Source of the DNA: a virus
DNA: 64,000 nt
IMG/VR virus record: IMGVR_UViG_3300031857_000028
Span: 1-64,000 of that record
Strand: one strand, 5' to 3'
In this document: in pieces, positions 28,010 through 37,819 of the stretch
Layout: the number at the start of each line of letters is the position of its first letter
Numbering within the stretch: the first letter of the stretch is position 1
Notes under the pieces: model-generated
Databases searched by the model: none
Told to the model about the DNA's origin: nothing
The model's input: the letters and a program-made list of their open reading frames with translations, nothing else
Program-made: the position numbers and the translations under genes

Positions 28010-28244
28010 TTAGTAATTGGCTAGTGGATGGTGGACATTCCCGCGTAGTCCATTTTCCGGTAACAGTTCCGGGATTAATTGTATAAGTGTGAGTAGTTTT
28101 CTGCGATGTATCATTACAATAACACTGCATCAAATTTCTACGAAAATGTAATTCAAACAACTTTATTTGTTCACTTGTTCCATATACACTCTCGTGTGAT
28201 TGCAATGCAATCTGCACCAATCTTTCCAGTTGTGTATTAATCAT
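28002..28244 (-). CDS. Hypothetical protein
   Basis: Fills the gap between recA and the exonuclease with short overlaps. Confidence 0.5.
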   Translation of the reverse strand: MINTQLERLVQIALQSHESVYGTSEQIKLFELHFRRNLMQCYCNDTSQKTTHTYTINPGTVTGKWTTRECPPSTSQLLNG

Positions 28245-29373
28245 CGTCCGACGCCCCCATAATACTAATGGTATCAGGGTCAAATTCCGACTGATATTTC
28301 ATAATCAACGTATCACAGATTTGATTATATAGATATTCCTTACGTTCCTTATTCTCTTCCAAGAACTTGGCAAACTCCTTCGACTGAAACTTGGTTTCCT
28401 CACCAGTGGTCGGGTCAACGTAGGTATACCACGCACCTGCCTGCTTCACCAACTTGTTTTCTTTCATGATAGTCAACCAAGCACCCGTATCATCAATTCC
28501 ACGGTTAAAATAAATTTCAAACTCGGCCGTACGATGTGGCGGTCCCAAACGATTCTTTACAACATTTGCCTTGACCTTTACACCAATCACATCACCAGCA
28601 GAATTACTAATCTTACCAGTGGTTGCAAGTCGAAGTCGTGTCGAGGCGTGGAAAGCAATTGCCTTACCACCCGAAGTCGTCCACGGGTCAGAGAATGCCA
28701 TTGCATTCATCTTCTGACGGAGCTGATTCGTGAACACCAGTGCAATTCGTTCACGACCAAGAAGGCCCGTAATCTTACGCATTGCCTTACTAATAATGAT
28801 TGCCTTATCGGTGGCGTATCCATCCTTTCCGAAGTCTGCTTCCATTTCCTTCTTGGTAGAAGCAGCAGCAACGGAGTCTACTACAATCGTAACCAGTTTG
28901 TTCTTGTCCTTCCCAGTACGAACCTTTTCGATAATGGTGGTAATAGCATCAAAAATTTCTTCAACCGTCTGTAACTGGACATATACTAACTTAGTAATAT
29001 CGATACCCACCGCCTTGAAAAATTCTGCATTTACGGCGGTTTCAGTATCAATAAGTACCCCTACTCCACCCCTTGCTTGCGTATTTGCAATCAATTGTGC
29101 CCCCAATAGCGACTTGCCTGACCCCTCTAAACCAGTGAGTTCCGTGATACGTCCAACTGCAATACCCCCATGTGGGCGATTACTAATTGCTACGTCTAGG
29201 ATGGTTGCGCCGGTGGAAATAAAGTCTGTGAAATCGGTGGGAGTTTCTTCACGACCATCTAGAAAGAATGCAATCTGGTCGCTGTCCTTATTCATTTTAT
29301 TCAATGATTCTGCAATAAGTGATGCTAATTCATCACGATTTGGTTCATCAATAGTTTTCTTTTCTTTTGCCAT
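28237..29373 (-). CDS. recA: RecA/UvsX recombinase
   Basis: GLEGSGKS, IDTE, VDSVAA, FTNQLR, SGGKAIAFHAS, KNRLGPP. Confidence 0.93.
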   Translation of the reverse strand: MAKEKKTIDEPNRDELASLIAESLNKMNKDSDQIAFFLDGREETPTDFTDFISTGATILDVAISNRPHGGIAVGRITELTGLEGSGKSLLGAQLIANTQARGGVGVLIDTETAVNAEFFKAVGIDITKLVYVQLQTVEEIFDAITTIIEKVRTGKDKNKLVTIVVDSVAAASTKKEMEADFGKDGYATDKAIIISKAMRKITGLLGRERIALVFTNQLRQKMNAMAFSDPWTTSGGKAIAFHASTRLRLATTGKISNSAGDVIGVKVKANVVKNRLGPPHRTAEFEIYFNRGIDDTGAWLTIMKENKLVKQAGAWYTYVDPTTGEETKFQSKEFAKFLEENKERKEYLYNQICDTLIMKYQSEFDPDTISIMGASDDD

Positions 29374-29411
29374 AGATTATTCCTATAAATAATGTAAAGA
29401 CCCACTACAGT

Positions 29412-29440
29412 AATATAGTGGGCCTTTAGATTATAGTCAA
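29412..29440 (-). promoter_or_regulatory. Sigma70-like promoter (recA) with inverted repeat over the -10
   Basis: TTGACT-N17-TATATT; CCCACTA/TAGTGGG at 29401-29422. Confidence 0.65.
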
Positions 29441-29446
29441 GTGTGA

Positions 29447-30232
29447 TTAGTTAAATACTTCGTCAAATTCGTCAATCATATCCTTGACGGCGGTTGACTT
29501 CATCTCAACGGACTTTGTTGCGGTAGGCGAAGTAGTCTTTGTTTCTACTTCGGTATTAACGGCCACTGGCCCTGTGGGTGCGCTCGGGTCAAGGTACCGT
29601 TCAAGAGCGACCTTCATTTCCTCATACGAGGGTTCCTTGAAAATGGAACGAATGTCCGGCTGTTCACTGAGAAACTGCTGAATCTGAGCAGCGTCTGGGA
29701 CAAGTGGCGTCTGATTCGGCTTAGGACGAACCATCGTCTTTGCAAAGCTCGTGTCACTCTTTTCCTGTGGGATGTACTCCACCACAATATCACGACCGTT
29801 CTTTACATCGGTAATATCCCCGTAATCGGGGTCGGAGATGATGGAAAGAAGTTCCGTGTACACCGTCTTACCGAACGACATGAAACGAACGCCCTTAGAT
29901 TCCTCTCCACGTACGATGATAGGAACAAAGGTACGAAGCTTTGGACGGAAGGGACGGGACTGTGCCCAATCATCCTTCGTACCACCTGCGGCAAGTGCTT
30001 CGGCAAACTCCATGATAGGGTCACGGTTGCCGTTTGAGGTGGGGGAGAGATACGTCTTATTTCCGAGATAGTGGAAATACAATTCGATAAAGGGATTTTC
30101 CCGATTTTCCTTCCACGGAACGATACGAATGACGTGCTTACCTTCCGTGGGCTTCCACAGTGCCTCACTTGAAGAGGTCTGCTTGGTGAACTGATTCAGT
30201 TTAGCCTTGAGTGCTGCGATGTTTAGCGACAT
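29447..30232 (-). CDS. ssDNA-binding protein (gp32-like)
   Basis: LWKP, IRIVP, FGKTVY, GRDI and acidic C-terminal tail. Confidence 0.85.
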   Translation of the reverse strand: MSLNIAALKAKLNQFTKQTSSSEALWKPTEGKHVIRIVPWKENRENPFIELYFHYLGNKTYLSPTSNGNRDPIMEFAEALAAGGTKDDWAQSRPFRPKLRTFVPIIVRGEESKGVRFMSFGKTVYTELLSIISDPDYGDITDVKNGRDIVVEYIPQEKSDTSFAKTMVRPKPNQTPLVPDAAQIQQFLSEQPDIRSIFKEPSYEEMKVALERYLDPSAPTGPVAVNTEVETKTTSPTATKSVEMKSTAVKDMIDEFDEVFN

Positions 30233-30288
30233 AGTGTACTCCTTTTAGTGTTTAGAATGTTTAGTGAGTTTAAAACTCCCTATACTGT

Positions 30289-30317
30289 ATAGTAATAGGG
30301 CCCTGCTTAAATGTCAA
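30289..30317 (-). promoter_or_regulatory. Sigma70-like promoter (ssb) with inverted repeat over the -10
   Basis: TTGACA-N17-TACTAT; CCCTAT/ATAGGG at 30278-30300. Confidence 0.65.
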
Positions 30318-30323
30318 GTGGTC

Positions 30324-30731
30324 TTATATAGTAATGATACTTGATAATTTTGTGTTTACGATTTTTAACTTTCCATACGCAGTTACTAATATCATATTTT
30401 TCAAATCATTCCAATCAATTCTAAATGATTTGTCTAATATACCATTATTTTTTTCTTCAATTAATCTATTGATTGCATTAATCGTGTAAATCGTATTCGT
30501 TTGCTTTTTACGATGGACGGATATAGTTGACAAAGGAGGAACCGCAGTCAACAAATCACGTTTTTCTACATTATATGTTAATACCAACTGAGTTTCATCG
30601 TTGATGTTTTCTAAGACATATATTTTATTAAAAGCCAAGGTGTACGTGTTTTGTATCTGTTGTATAATTTCGTTCAAATTATTCGTATTAACAAATGTAC
30701 ACAATAATTGAGTGGTAATTTCCATCGGCAA
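30324..30731 (-). CDS. Phage hypothetical protein
   Basis: TQLLCTF...HRKKQTNTIYTINAIN. Confidence 0.7.
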   Translation of the reverse strand: MPMEITTQLLCTFVNTNNLNEIIQQIQNTYTLAFNKIYVLENINDETQLVLTYNVEKRDLLTAVPPLSTISVHRKKQTNTIYTINAINRLIEEKNNGILDKSFRIDWNDLKNMILVTAYGKLKIVNTKLSSIITI

Positions 30732-30794
30732 TATCCATTAAAAGTAAATCTCTTAATAAATATTACCGACGTATGAAAAACCAATAATTAATTA

Positions 30795-31652
30795 CTAAGA
30801 AATTGCTCTACCTTTTAACGTTTCCCAATCACGTTCTGGACGGTCTACAATAACATTTCTATTCCATGCTGCACGTAAAAGTGGGGTCTGTACGTCTTTT
30901 GTTTTTGCATAGTTAATTAATGCCGAAATATCTTTCGGGAAACACGTGCCACCAAATCCTCGGTGGCCATCGGGACCTGGAACTTTCCAGTGACTCTTAC
31001 CCAAACGAGCATCCTGGACTAACAACGATTGTAGAGTTTCCCATTCAACTCCTGCGGCTGTTGCAATATCGTACAGTTCATTTGCAAACGACACCTTCAC
31101 TGCAAGAAATGTGTTTGCAGTGTACTTCAGTAGTTCAGCTGTAGTTGCTGTAGTGATTTGTACGAATCGTACAGAGTTAATTACCCGTACTTGATTCATT
31201 AATACTGCTTCAGCAATATCATGAGGTGTATTGTCAGACTTCCCCATGACAAGCACATCTTGATTTAAATAATCATCCAAATAGTTTGCTTCTGTCAAAA
31301 ATTCTGGATTGAATAGAATATAATGATTTGGATATCGTTCCTGTAACCGCTCGGTGGTACCAGGCGGAACTGTGGACTTAATGATAATTACCTTCTGCGA
31401 ATCCGTCATACAAAGGTCATGAACCACCCGTTCTACTATAGACGTATCACATTCACCAGAACTATTCATCGGTGTTGGTACTGCAACATAAATTAGATTT
31501 GCGTTCGTTAAAAACTCCTCAAACGAGGAGCATGTTGGATTTTTACTTACATCGACATCGAATGTGTGTACATGATGTCCTTTTAGTTGGTATGCATTTA
31601 AAACTGCGCCACCAACAAATCCTAATCCAATAATTCCAACTTCAAAGTTCAT
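30795..31652 (-). CDS. ugd: Short UDP-glucose/GDP-mannose dehydrogenase family protein
   Basis: GLGFVG, VPTP, IKSTVPPGTT, NPEFL, GFGGTCFPKD. Confidence 0.85.
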   Translation of the reverse strand: MNFEVGIIGLGFVGGAVLNAYQLKGHHVHTFDVDVSKNPTCSSFEEFLTNANLIYVAVPTPMNSSGECDTSIVERVVHDLCMTDSQKVIIIKSTVPPGTTERLQERYPNHYILFNPEFLTEANYLDDYLNQDVLVMGKSDNTPHDIAEAVLMNQVRVINSVRFVQITTATTAELLKYTANTFLAVKVSFANELYDIATAAGVEWETLQSLLVQDARLGKSHWKVPGPDGHRGFGGTCFPKDISALINYAKTKDVQTPLLRAAWNRNVIVDRPERDWETLKGRAIS

Positions 31653-32908
31653 AACCGTATCTCCGTGATATTATTATATGTATTTCCCGCATGAATTCTT
31701 ACCGGAAATTTTTTATTTTCTTCTAGAATTTTCACAACCTCTTGAATGATATTCTTATCAAGCGTCTGCATATCCAGTAATATACTATCATAAGTATACA
31801 ATACCAAGTGGTTCGTTGTATTTTTAAGTAGTTCCAACACTTTCTGTAATTTCGGTAGTGTTTTCACTATCTCAAGTGATTGTACATGATAGTTAAACAT
31901 CTTACTTATGTTAGGTTCAGTAAAATTGACGGTAACGCCACTTGGTAATACAAATGGCCCAGTTACATCTTTGTAGAATCGTCGGATATGTACGATACTC
32001 TCAAAGAGTTCCACGCCATACGTTTCATCGGACATGCCATACATAATTTCAAACGTTTTTTGCTTACTTGCTGCATATAGTTCGTCTGTAATATCATTAG
32101 TATCAAAATACTTTTTAGCCAATTCCATATGCAGTGAACCCGTGGGAAGTGTAATCTTGTGCTCGTCTGCAACTAATCGCAAATGATATGCTTCAAAATC
32201 AAACTGTACGAGTACACCGTCTGTATATCTACTAATAAATACTTCTCTACTTCCATCACTCTTATTTAAGGCAGAGAAATTAATTCCCCCAAATCGGTTA
32301 CTAGGCCGTCCCGTTGTGGTGAAAACATTATACTGCGTGTATACCATGTCATGTTTAAAATGTCGTTTCACGCGCTTATCATAATACTGTTCCAACAATT
32401 CCGTATTTACCTTGATTCCAGCAGTTTCAATTTCTTTCAATGTATCCGATAATTGTTTAACAAAGATGTATGCTGGTTCATTTATCGTATTATAATACTC
32501 TCTTAATACGCCAAGTAGTTGCGTGTGATATTCCCGTAATACGTTGGTCCACACCATAAGCGGTACAATCTTGTTCGTATCCCTAATACCAGAAAATTGT
32601 TGATACGTATTTGTTATATATACGGTTAATTGTTTTTGTAGTATTGGTTGATTATTCACATATGCAAGAATTTGAATGTCCGTGTCCGACAATACTTTAC
32701 TACCCACAGGAATGTTAAAGGTGGGCGCATCCTCATGTGATATAGAAACAATATAGGTACTATTATCTATAAAAGTAACTCCAGCACATAATAAAGTATT
32801 CTCCGTTTCATGATAATATGGGTCACGAAAAATCGGGGTAAGTATACACTCATCCCGATTCATTCGTTCTAATAATTCTGTATATTCTTGGTGTGTTGTT
32901 ATAATCAT
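31649..32908 (-). CDS. Minimal family A DNA polymerase-like protein
   Basis: TTTGRPS, motif A FDFEAYHLR, motif B KQKTFEIMYG, motif C YTYDSIL. Confidence 0.75.
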   Translation of the reverse strand: MIITTHQEYTELLERMNRDECILTPIFRDPYYHETENTLLCAGVTFIDNSTYIVSISHEDAPTFNIPVGSKVLSDTDIQILAYVNNQPILQKQLTVYITNTYQQFSGIRDTNKIVPLMVWTNVLREYHTQLLGVLREYYNTINEPAYIFVKQLSDTLKEIETAGIKVNTELLEQYYDKRVKRHFKHDMVYTQYNVFTTTGRPSNRFGGINFSALNKSDGSREVFISRYTDGVLVQFDFEAYHLRLVADEHKITLPTGSLHMELAKKYFDTNDITDELYAASKQKTFEIMYGMSDETYGVELFESIVHIRRFYKDVTGPFVLPSGVTVNFTEPNISKMFNYHVQSLEIVKTLPKLQKVLELLKNTTNHLVLYTYDSILLDMQTLDKNIIQEVVKILEENKKFPVRIHAGNTYNNITEIRL

Positions 32909-32936
32909 ATTATGATGTAATCATAGTGTACACCAT

Positions 32937-32965
32937 AATATAAACAGAACAAGGTATCTTGTCAA
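32937..32965 (-). promoter_or_regulatory. Sigma70-like promoter (polA-like/ugd)
   Basis: TTGACA-N17-TATATT. Confidence 0.7.
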
Positions 32966-33795
32966 GATTCAAATTGTGAGTAATTCAATTTTGCTCGTAA
33001 GGTAAATGCAACAGAAGTATACGATGTGGATGCATTAACCGAAACCGTGCCGCCACCAGAAATTGAACCGGTAACTGCGTTTGAATCATGTATGGCGTAC
33101 AATCGGGAGTTCGGGGTGGCAAGACTTCCAGAATACCCAATCAATCTATTAACAAATCCGCCACGTGGCACTTCTGCGGGCGTTAGTGAATTTACTACAT
33201 TTGTTGCACGTTGTAATATCATTATCCAATGGTTTCTGTTATCTGTAAAATCTGTTGGAGACGTGGCCCCAAATTGCATCGTTGAACAATTATTACACGA
33301 CACTGAACCACCTATGTTAATATTGTCCACATTTCTATATACCACGACCGCATTATTTATAGGTGGTCTAGCTGCAAATGATGGAAACGTTTCTGCACTT
33401 GATGATGCAATCTTGGTTGCGAAAATTGTAGAGGGACTTGATGTAGAAGATACCACTACCCAACCGGTTCCCGCCGATAATAATGGAGCTGACGATGCCG
33501 TGGTTTCACCATATAAAATAATAAAATCACCGGTTTGATGGCTTGGAAACGTGGGTGAACCGGATGGATTATGTGCACTACCGATAAACTGTATGTTATA
33601 CGATGGTACTGTGGTGAATTGTCCATTATTATCTAACGTTGACCCTGTAGACCCGCTGGGTCCAACAAATCCCGTTATGAAATCTGCTAATGATGCAGTT
33701 TGTGTAGAAATAACACTTGCAGTTAGTGCATAACTTGCAGTTAGTGCATGTGAACTACTAAACGGTATGCCATACGGAAAAGATTTTATTGTCAT
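32962..33795 (-). CDS. Putative virion fibre/decoration protein
   Basis: FPYGIPFSSS start, TASYA repeats, GPSGS, beta-rich C-domain. Confidence 0.55.
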   Translation of the reverse strand: MTIKSFPYGIPFSSSHALTASYALTASVISTQTASLADFITGFVGPSGSTGSTLDNNGQFTTVPSYNIQFIGSAHNPSGSPTFPSHQTGDFIILYGETTASSAPLLSAGTGWVVVSSTSSPSTIFATKIASSSAETFPSFAARPPINNAVVVYRNVDNINIGGSVSCNNCSTMQFGATSPTDFTDNRNHWIMILQRATNVVNSLTPAEVPRGGFVNRLIGYSGSLATPNSRLYAIHDSNAVTGSISGGGTVSVNASTSYTSVAFTLRAKLNYSQFES

Positions 33796-33802
33796 ATTTA
33801 AC

Positions 33803-34213
33803 TCATACTAACGATTCAGAAAACCAAAATTCTAAATAGTCACTTATATAGGTTTTTAATCCACCAAAATTCAAATCTACGTTTGCAACTTCTATTCTAT
33901 TCATATCACCTATGCCATAAATAGTAATACCCGTTAGTAACGTTCGTGTTTCTTTAACGCCCACAATTTTCCATTTAACCGACGCAGTTATAAACCGTGT
34001 ATTTGATTTTAAGTTTTCATATTGATTTTTATCAATTTCCATAACAACAGTCTTATCATTCACGGGTCGAATGAAATACCGCATAATATATCCCAATGTA
34101 ACATCTTTCTGTGTTACTATCGGACGTATTGATGTTGGATATATGTTTAATAGCTCCTTCAATTTCTGTTCTTTCTTTTTATATAATTCTTCAACCACTC
34201 TGGGTTCTAGCAT
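33803..34213 (-). CDS. Hypothetical protein (baseplate region)
   Basis: GYIMRYF...EID...WKIVG; likely start MLEPR. Confidence 0.6.
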   Translation of the reverse strand: MLEPRVVEELYKKKEQKLKELLNIYPTSIRPIVTQKDVTLGYIMRYFIRPVNDKTVVMEIDKNQYENLKSNTRFITASVKWKIVGVKETRTLLTGITIYGIGDMNRIEVANVDLNFGGLKTYISDYLEFWFSESLV

Positions 34214-37200
34214 TGTTTGTTTCTCGTCTAAATTTTTCTGCAATAGCAGTCTTCCAATTATTACCTAGAAAATTAAATCGTGCATGAATTTTAGTTTTCC
34301 ACCCAGAAACGTCGATAACATCTTCAATACTTAATATTTGGAATGCGCCGAACACTTTATAAAAAGATGGTAATCTATCTATCCAGAAGAGTTCCCCGAC
34401 GCGTAATCCACTAATTCCAGGTAATATGAGATCGCCGCCGATAGATAACGCTCCAGGACTTGCTCCAAACGCATTTGCAAAATTGCCATTTGCTGTGTCG
34501 GTTATTTCAGCAACCATATATTCAGGGAACATTTCTACATACCTGAATATAGCTTGTAGATGTGGAAAGTCTCTAAGTTTTTTCTCTATTATTTCTTTTA
34601 CTTTTTCTTCTTCTTGCATAATCTGGGTAGTTTGTTTAACCGTTTGTTTTGCACGTTCGCATTTCTTGCACAATTCTTTTCCATTGGCAATGTCAACGTC
34701 CGAGGTCGGACCTAGTGCTAACCCAAAATTATTGGCAATTGAAATATTCAAATATTGCTGGTCAGTGCATCCAGTATTTGCCGGAACTTGGTTATTTGGA
34801 CTGGGTTGAGTGGGTGTCGGTGTAGGCGCAGGTGTAGATGCAGGAACAGGTGTAGGTGTAGGTGCGGGTGTAGGTACCGTGACGCCGCTCAACGTTTGAG
34901 GAGTTATTCCAAATTGAGTGGCTTTTTTATTTGTTACTTGTGTCAAATCTTCTACAGTTATAAACCCATCGCCACCAACATCCAATCCTCTATTTTGTGT
35001 GTAAAAATCCGGACGACTAATTTCATATTCACTGGTCAATACTATGCCGGAAGGAATCGATGGGCTATTAGGTCGCAAATTACTCTGTTTTAGTGGGGTT
35101 TGCAATCTTCCCGGTAAAAAAGTAACCGCATATAATTTTCCTGCACTATCCAATTTCACGCCACGTGGAGTAAATCGTTTGTAATATTGAAACACATAAT
35201 CTAATTGTTGTACTCTAGTCATTCTTCTGAGAGCGTCGGTTGTTGTATTTAACGCAAGTGCGGTCTTCGGCATGAATTGTATCAATCCACTGGCGCCGCC
35301 ATTCTTATTAAGTGCATTTGGTAGTATACCAGATTCATTTGCCATAACCTTCAACATGTCTTCCGGTCTACATCCAAGCTGATTACAAATTTGTACAAGT
35401 TTTTCTTTAAATCCTGGTTCACTGAGGGCATTTTGTAATGCATTCTTGCCTGCTGCCGTAGGACTATATCCAGTGGGGGCAGTAGGAGTTGGTGGTGCAC
35501 ATTGTTCACATTTCTTACACACCTCACCATCCAATAATTTCTGTGCTTGTTCTTTTTCATCGTTCAACTGTTGGGTACGTTTATCTGTGGACGATTCTTC
35601 GGTAGAAATACCAGCTGCTTTACTACCTTGACCAGCAGTTTGTGCAGGCGTCTGTGAGTTTGCTTTTCCACATACACCATTTGCTGCCAATTGTGCAGCA
35701 CGTTGAGTTCTTGGTAAGATTGTCAAGTCCGGGCCCTGAGTACTATCTCCCTTTGGAGATAGTACTGTAATTGCATATAATTCACGTAACGTGTCATTAG
35801 GGTCGGATATCTTTGCAGTTTTTTGATTTGTATAATCGGCGGGGTCATCTGCACTACCGGTAGTAATTCCTACTTTATCCAAATCTTCCGGTTGTACAAG
35901 TCCTAATGTAGCTATTTGTGAAAATAATCGTTTTGGTAACGACAAATCTATATTACATTCTATTAATTCCGATCCTACCAATTGACCGCTTTTAGTATCC
36001 GTTCTAACGTATTTGTTAAATACATGTACTTTATCAATAAATTTAGAAACTGCATCTTGTGAGTTTTCTTTTACGTTGGAATCAATAACAATGTAATTAT
36101 ATGACGGTTGTTTACTACCCAATGGTTCCACGGTGTCTAACGTTAAATCCCAATAATTTAACGTAGCTTGATTCATACGATCTAATAAATTAGTAATTCC
36201 ACGTACTATGGTATCGCCGCCAATCATCGACTCTACCACAGTTTTATGATTCAACCAAACCCCCGTACTTAAAAACGAACGGTCTTTCATCGGTTCTCCT
36301 TTTGAATCCCGTCCTTTATTGTAGTCCGGTGCTGCAGTATCGTACTGTCCAATTGCTTTGAATTTCTCCGATTCATCTGTAGGTTCCAGTAAGTTCCTTC
36401 CTCCTAATGCGGCAGATTTATACTGGTCATTTGCAGCCGCCAATTCTGCCGCTTCTTCGTTTACAATAATCATAATCGACGGGTCAATTGACCGTAAATA
36501 TTTATTGTATCCAGCAAACGGTTCTAACGGATCGTCGATTGCACTATTTGTTGCAACAGGACCATCTCGTTCAGGACCATTTGCATATGGTAACAACATT
36601 CCAATTTTTTCTAAAACATCTTTTTCTACGACGGTAGTAAAAATACGTTTTAAACCAAATTCCGCGTTATTCAATACCACATTTACAAAAAATCGCCACG
36701 TCATGAAATAGGCATCTTCCAAATCTGCAAAGGTATTTTGGTTAACGGTGGGTTTCTTTTTTTCTGCGTCAGGAGCTTTAGGATCACCTTCTTTCACGTT
36801 TCCTTGTGCAAAACGTTGCACGTGACCTTGCCACTCTTTTAATTTACTTCCAGCTTCAACGTCGTCTAATAATGTTTTTAAATTTAGGCCTGTTGCAGTT
36901 TCTGCAAAATACGAGTATACACTATTCGTGTCCGACGCACAGAAAAATTTAGTTGATGCATCTTTTGCAGGAACTACGGTATTTTTTGTTGAGTAGGCCC
37001 ATGAATCCTCTGAGGAGCCAACGATTTTAACTATCGATTGAAAAGACCCATCTGGTAATGTCGTGATTGTAAAGTTTGAAACTCGGCCGAACATCCACAT
37101 GTATTGTCCGCTTGATGGATACACATAGTTCTCTAAAATATCTTGTAGTGAAAAATTATTTTTAGCAATACGAGTTAATATATCTAGTGTTCGATTTTTG

Positions 37201-37817
37201 TCGTGCCATGGGAACATTGCATAGGAAATATCAGGCAATTCCCCGGTCGCATCCATTCCTATAGATTCTAAAGCAAATTGTTGCCCCCATTCCACTATCA
37301 TACCCACACCGGGTATCAAGAACGTTTTTTGTAAACTTTCCAATTGTGCTAATGATGGAATATTGACGGTAAGTTGTGCATGTGCCAGTAATCCATTCTT
37401 GTTTCTGCCAACAGTTAGATTAGTTATACCAGGCGGGGGAATTCTTATAAATTCTTTTGAATTTGTGAATAGTTCTGCACGATAATCGAACACTTGTGAT
37501 GCAATTACGTCTACGTCATTTTTAGCGTAAATACGTCGAGTTTTTCCATTTGCATACGTATAGCCAATTAACGGTGAATCACTTCCCTGCGACGAATATA
37601 TATCTTCATATTTAACGTCTTGGTCAATTGCATGTAATCCTAATGTAAATCCTATACCACCATCTAATAAGGGTACACCGGGACCACCAATTGTCGTAGT
37701 AGCTTTAACGAACGGCATTCCCACCTGTGTCGTGTTATTTAACTTCGAGCGTGCACGTAGTATTGCTTGTATATTTTCGTTTATTACTTTATAGTCAAAA
37801 GAACCGGATGTGTGCAT
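34191..37817 (-). CDS. Putative baseplate hub protein with lytic transglycosylase (SLT) domain
   Basis: MANESG..PNA.N..GASGLIQFMP; location between baseplate genes. Confidence 0.7.
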   Translation of the reverse strand: MHTSGSFDYKVINENIQAILRARSKLNNTTQVGMPFVKATTTIGGPGVPLLDGGIGFTLGLHAIDQDVKYEDIYSSQGSDSPLIGYTYANGKTRRIYAKNDVDVIASQVFDYRAELFTNSKEFIRIPPPGITNLTVGRNKNGLLAHAQLTVNIPSLAQLESLQKTFLIPGVGMIVEWGQQFALESIGMDATGELPDISYAMFPWHDKNRTLDILTRIAKNNFSLQDILENYVYPSSGQYMWMFGRVSNFTITTLPDGSFQSIVKIVGSSEDSWAYSTKNTVVPAKDASTKFFCASDTNSVYSYFAETATGLNLKTLLDDVEAGSKLKEWQGHVQRFAQGNVKEGDPKAPDAEKKKPTVNQNTFADLEDAYFMTWRFFVNVVLNNAEFGLKRIFTTVVEKDVLEKIGMLLPYANGPERDGPVATNSAIDDPLEPFAGYNKYLRSIDPSIMIIVNEEAAELAAANDQYKSAALGGRNLLEPTDESEKFKAIGQYDTAAPDYNKGRDSKGEPMKDRSFLSTGVWLNHKTVVESMIGGDTIVRGITNLLDRMNQATLNYWDLTLDTVEPLGSKQPSYNYIVIDSNVKENSQDAVSKFIDKVHVFNKYVRTDTKSGQLVGSELIECNIDLSLPKRLFSQIATLGLVQPEDLDKVGITTGSADDPADYTNQKTAKISDPNDTLRELYAITVLSPKGDSTQGPDLTILPRTQRAAQLAANGVCGKANSQTPAQTAGQGSKAAGISTEESSTDKRTQQLNDEKEQAQKLLDGEVCKKCEQCAPPTPTAPTGYSPTAAGKNALQNALSEPGFKEKLVQICNQLGCRPEDMLKVMANESGILPNALNKNGGASGLIQFMPKTALALNTTTDALRRMTRVQQLDYVFQYYKRFTPRGVKLDSAGKLYAVTFLPGRLQTPLKQSNLRPNSPSIPSGIVLTSEYEISRPDFYTQNRGLDVGGDGFITVEDLTQVTNKKATQFGITPQTLSGVTVPTPAPTPTPVPASTPAPTPTPTQPSPNNQVPANTGCTDQQYLNISIANNFGLALGPTSDVDIANGKELCKKCERAKQTVKQTTQIMQEEEKVKEIIEKKLRDFPHLQAIFRYVEMFPEYMVAEITDTANGNFANAFGASPGALSIGGDLILPGISGLRVGELFWIDRLPSFYKVFGAFQILSIEDVIDVSGWKTKIHARFNFLGNNWKTAIAEKFRRETNNARTQSG

Positions 37818-37819
37818 AA

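Noticed and set aside
17002-29373. Inteins or introns in PolB, NrdJ, helicase and RecA
   Set aside because: Proteins are of normal length with uninterrupted motifs
30282-30300. LexA SOS box near the ssb promoter (TACTGTATAG)
   Set aside because: Only a half-site; the CTG-N10-CAG symmetry is absent
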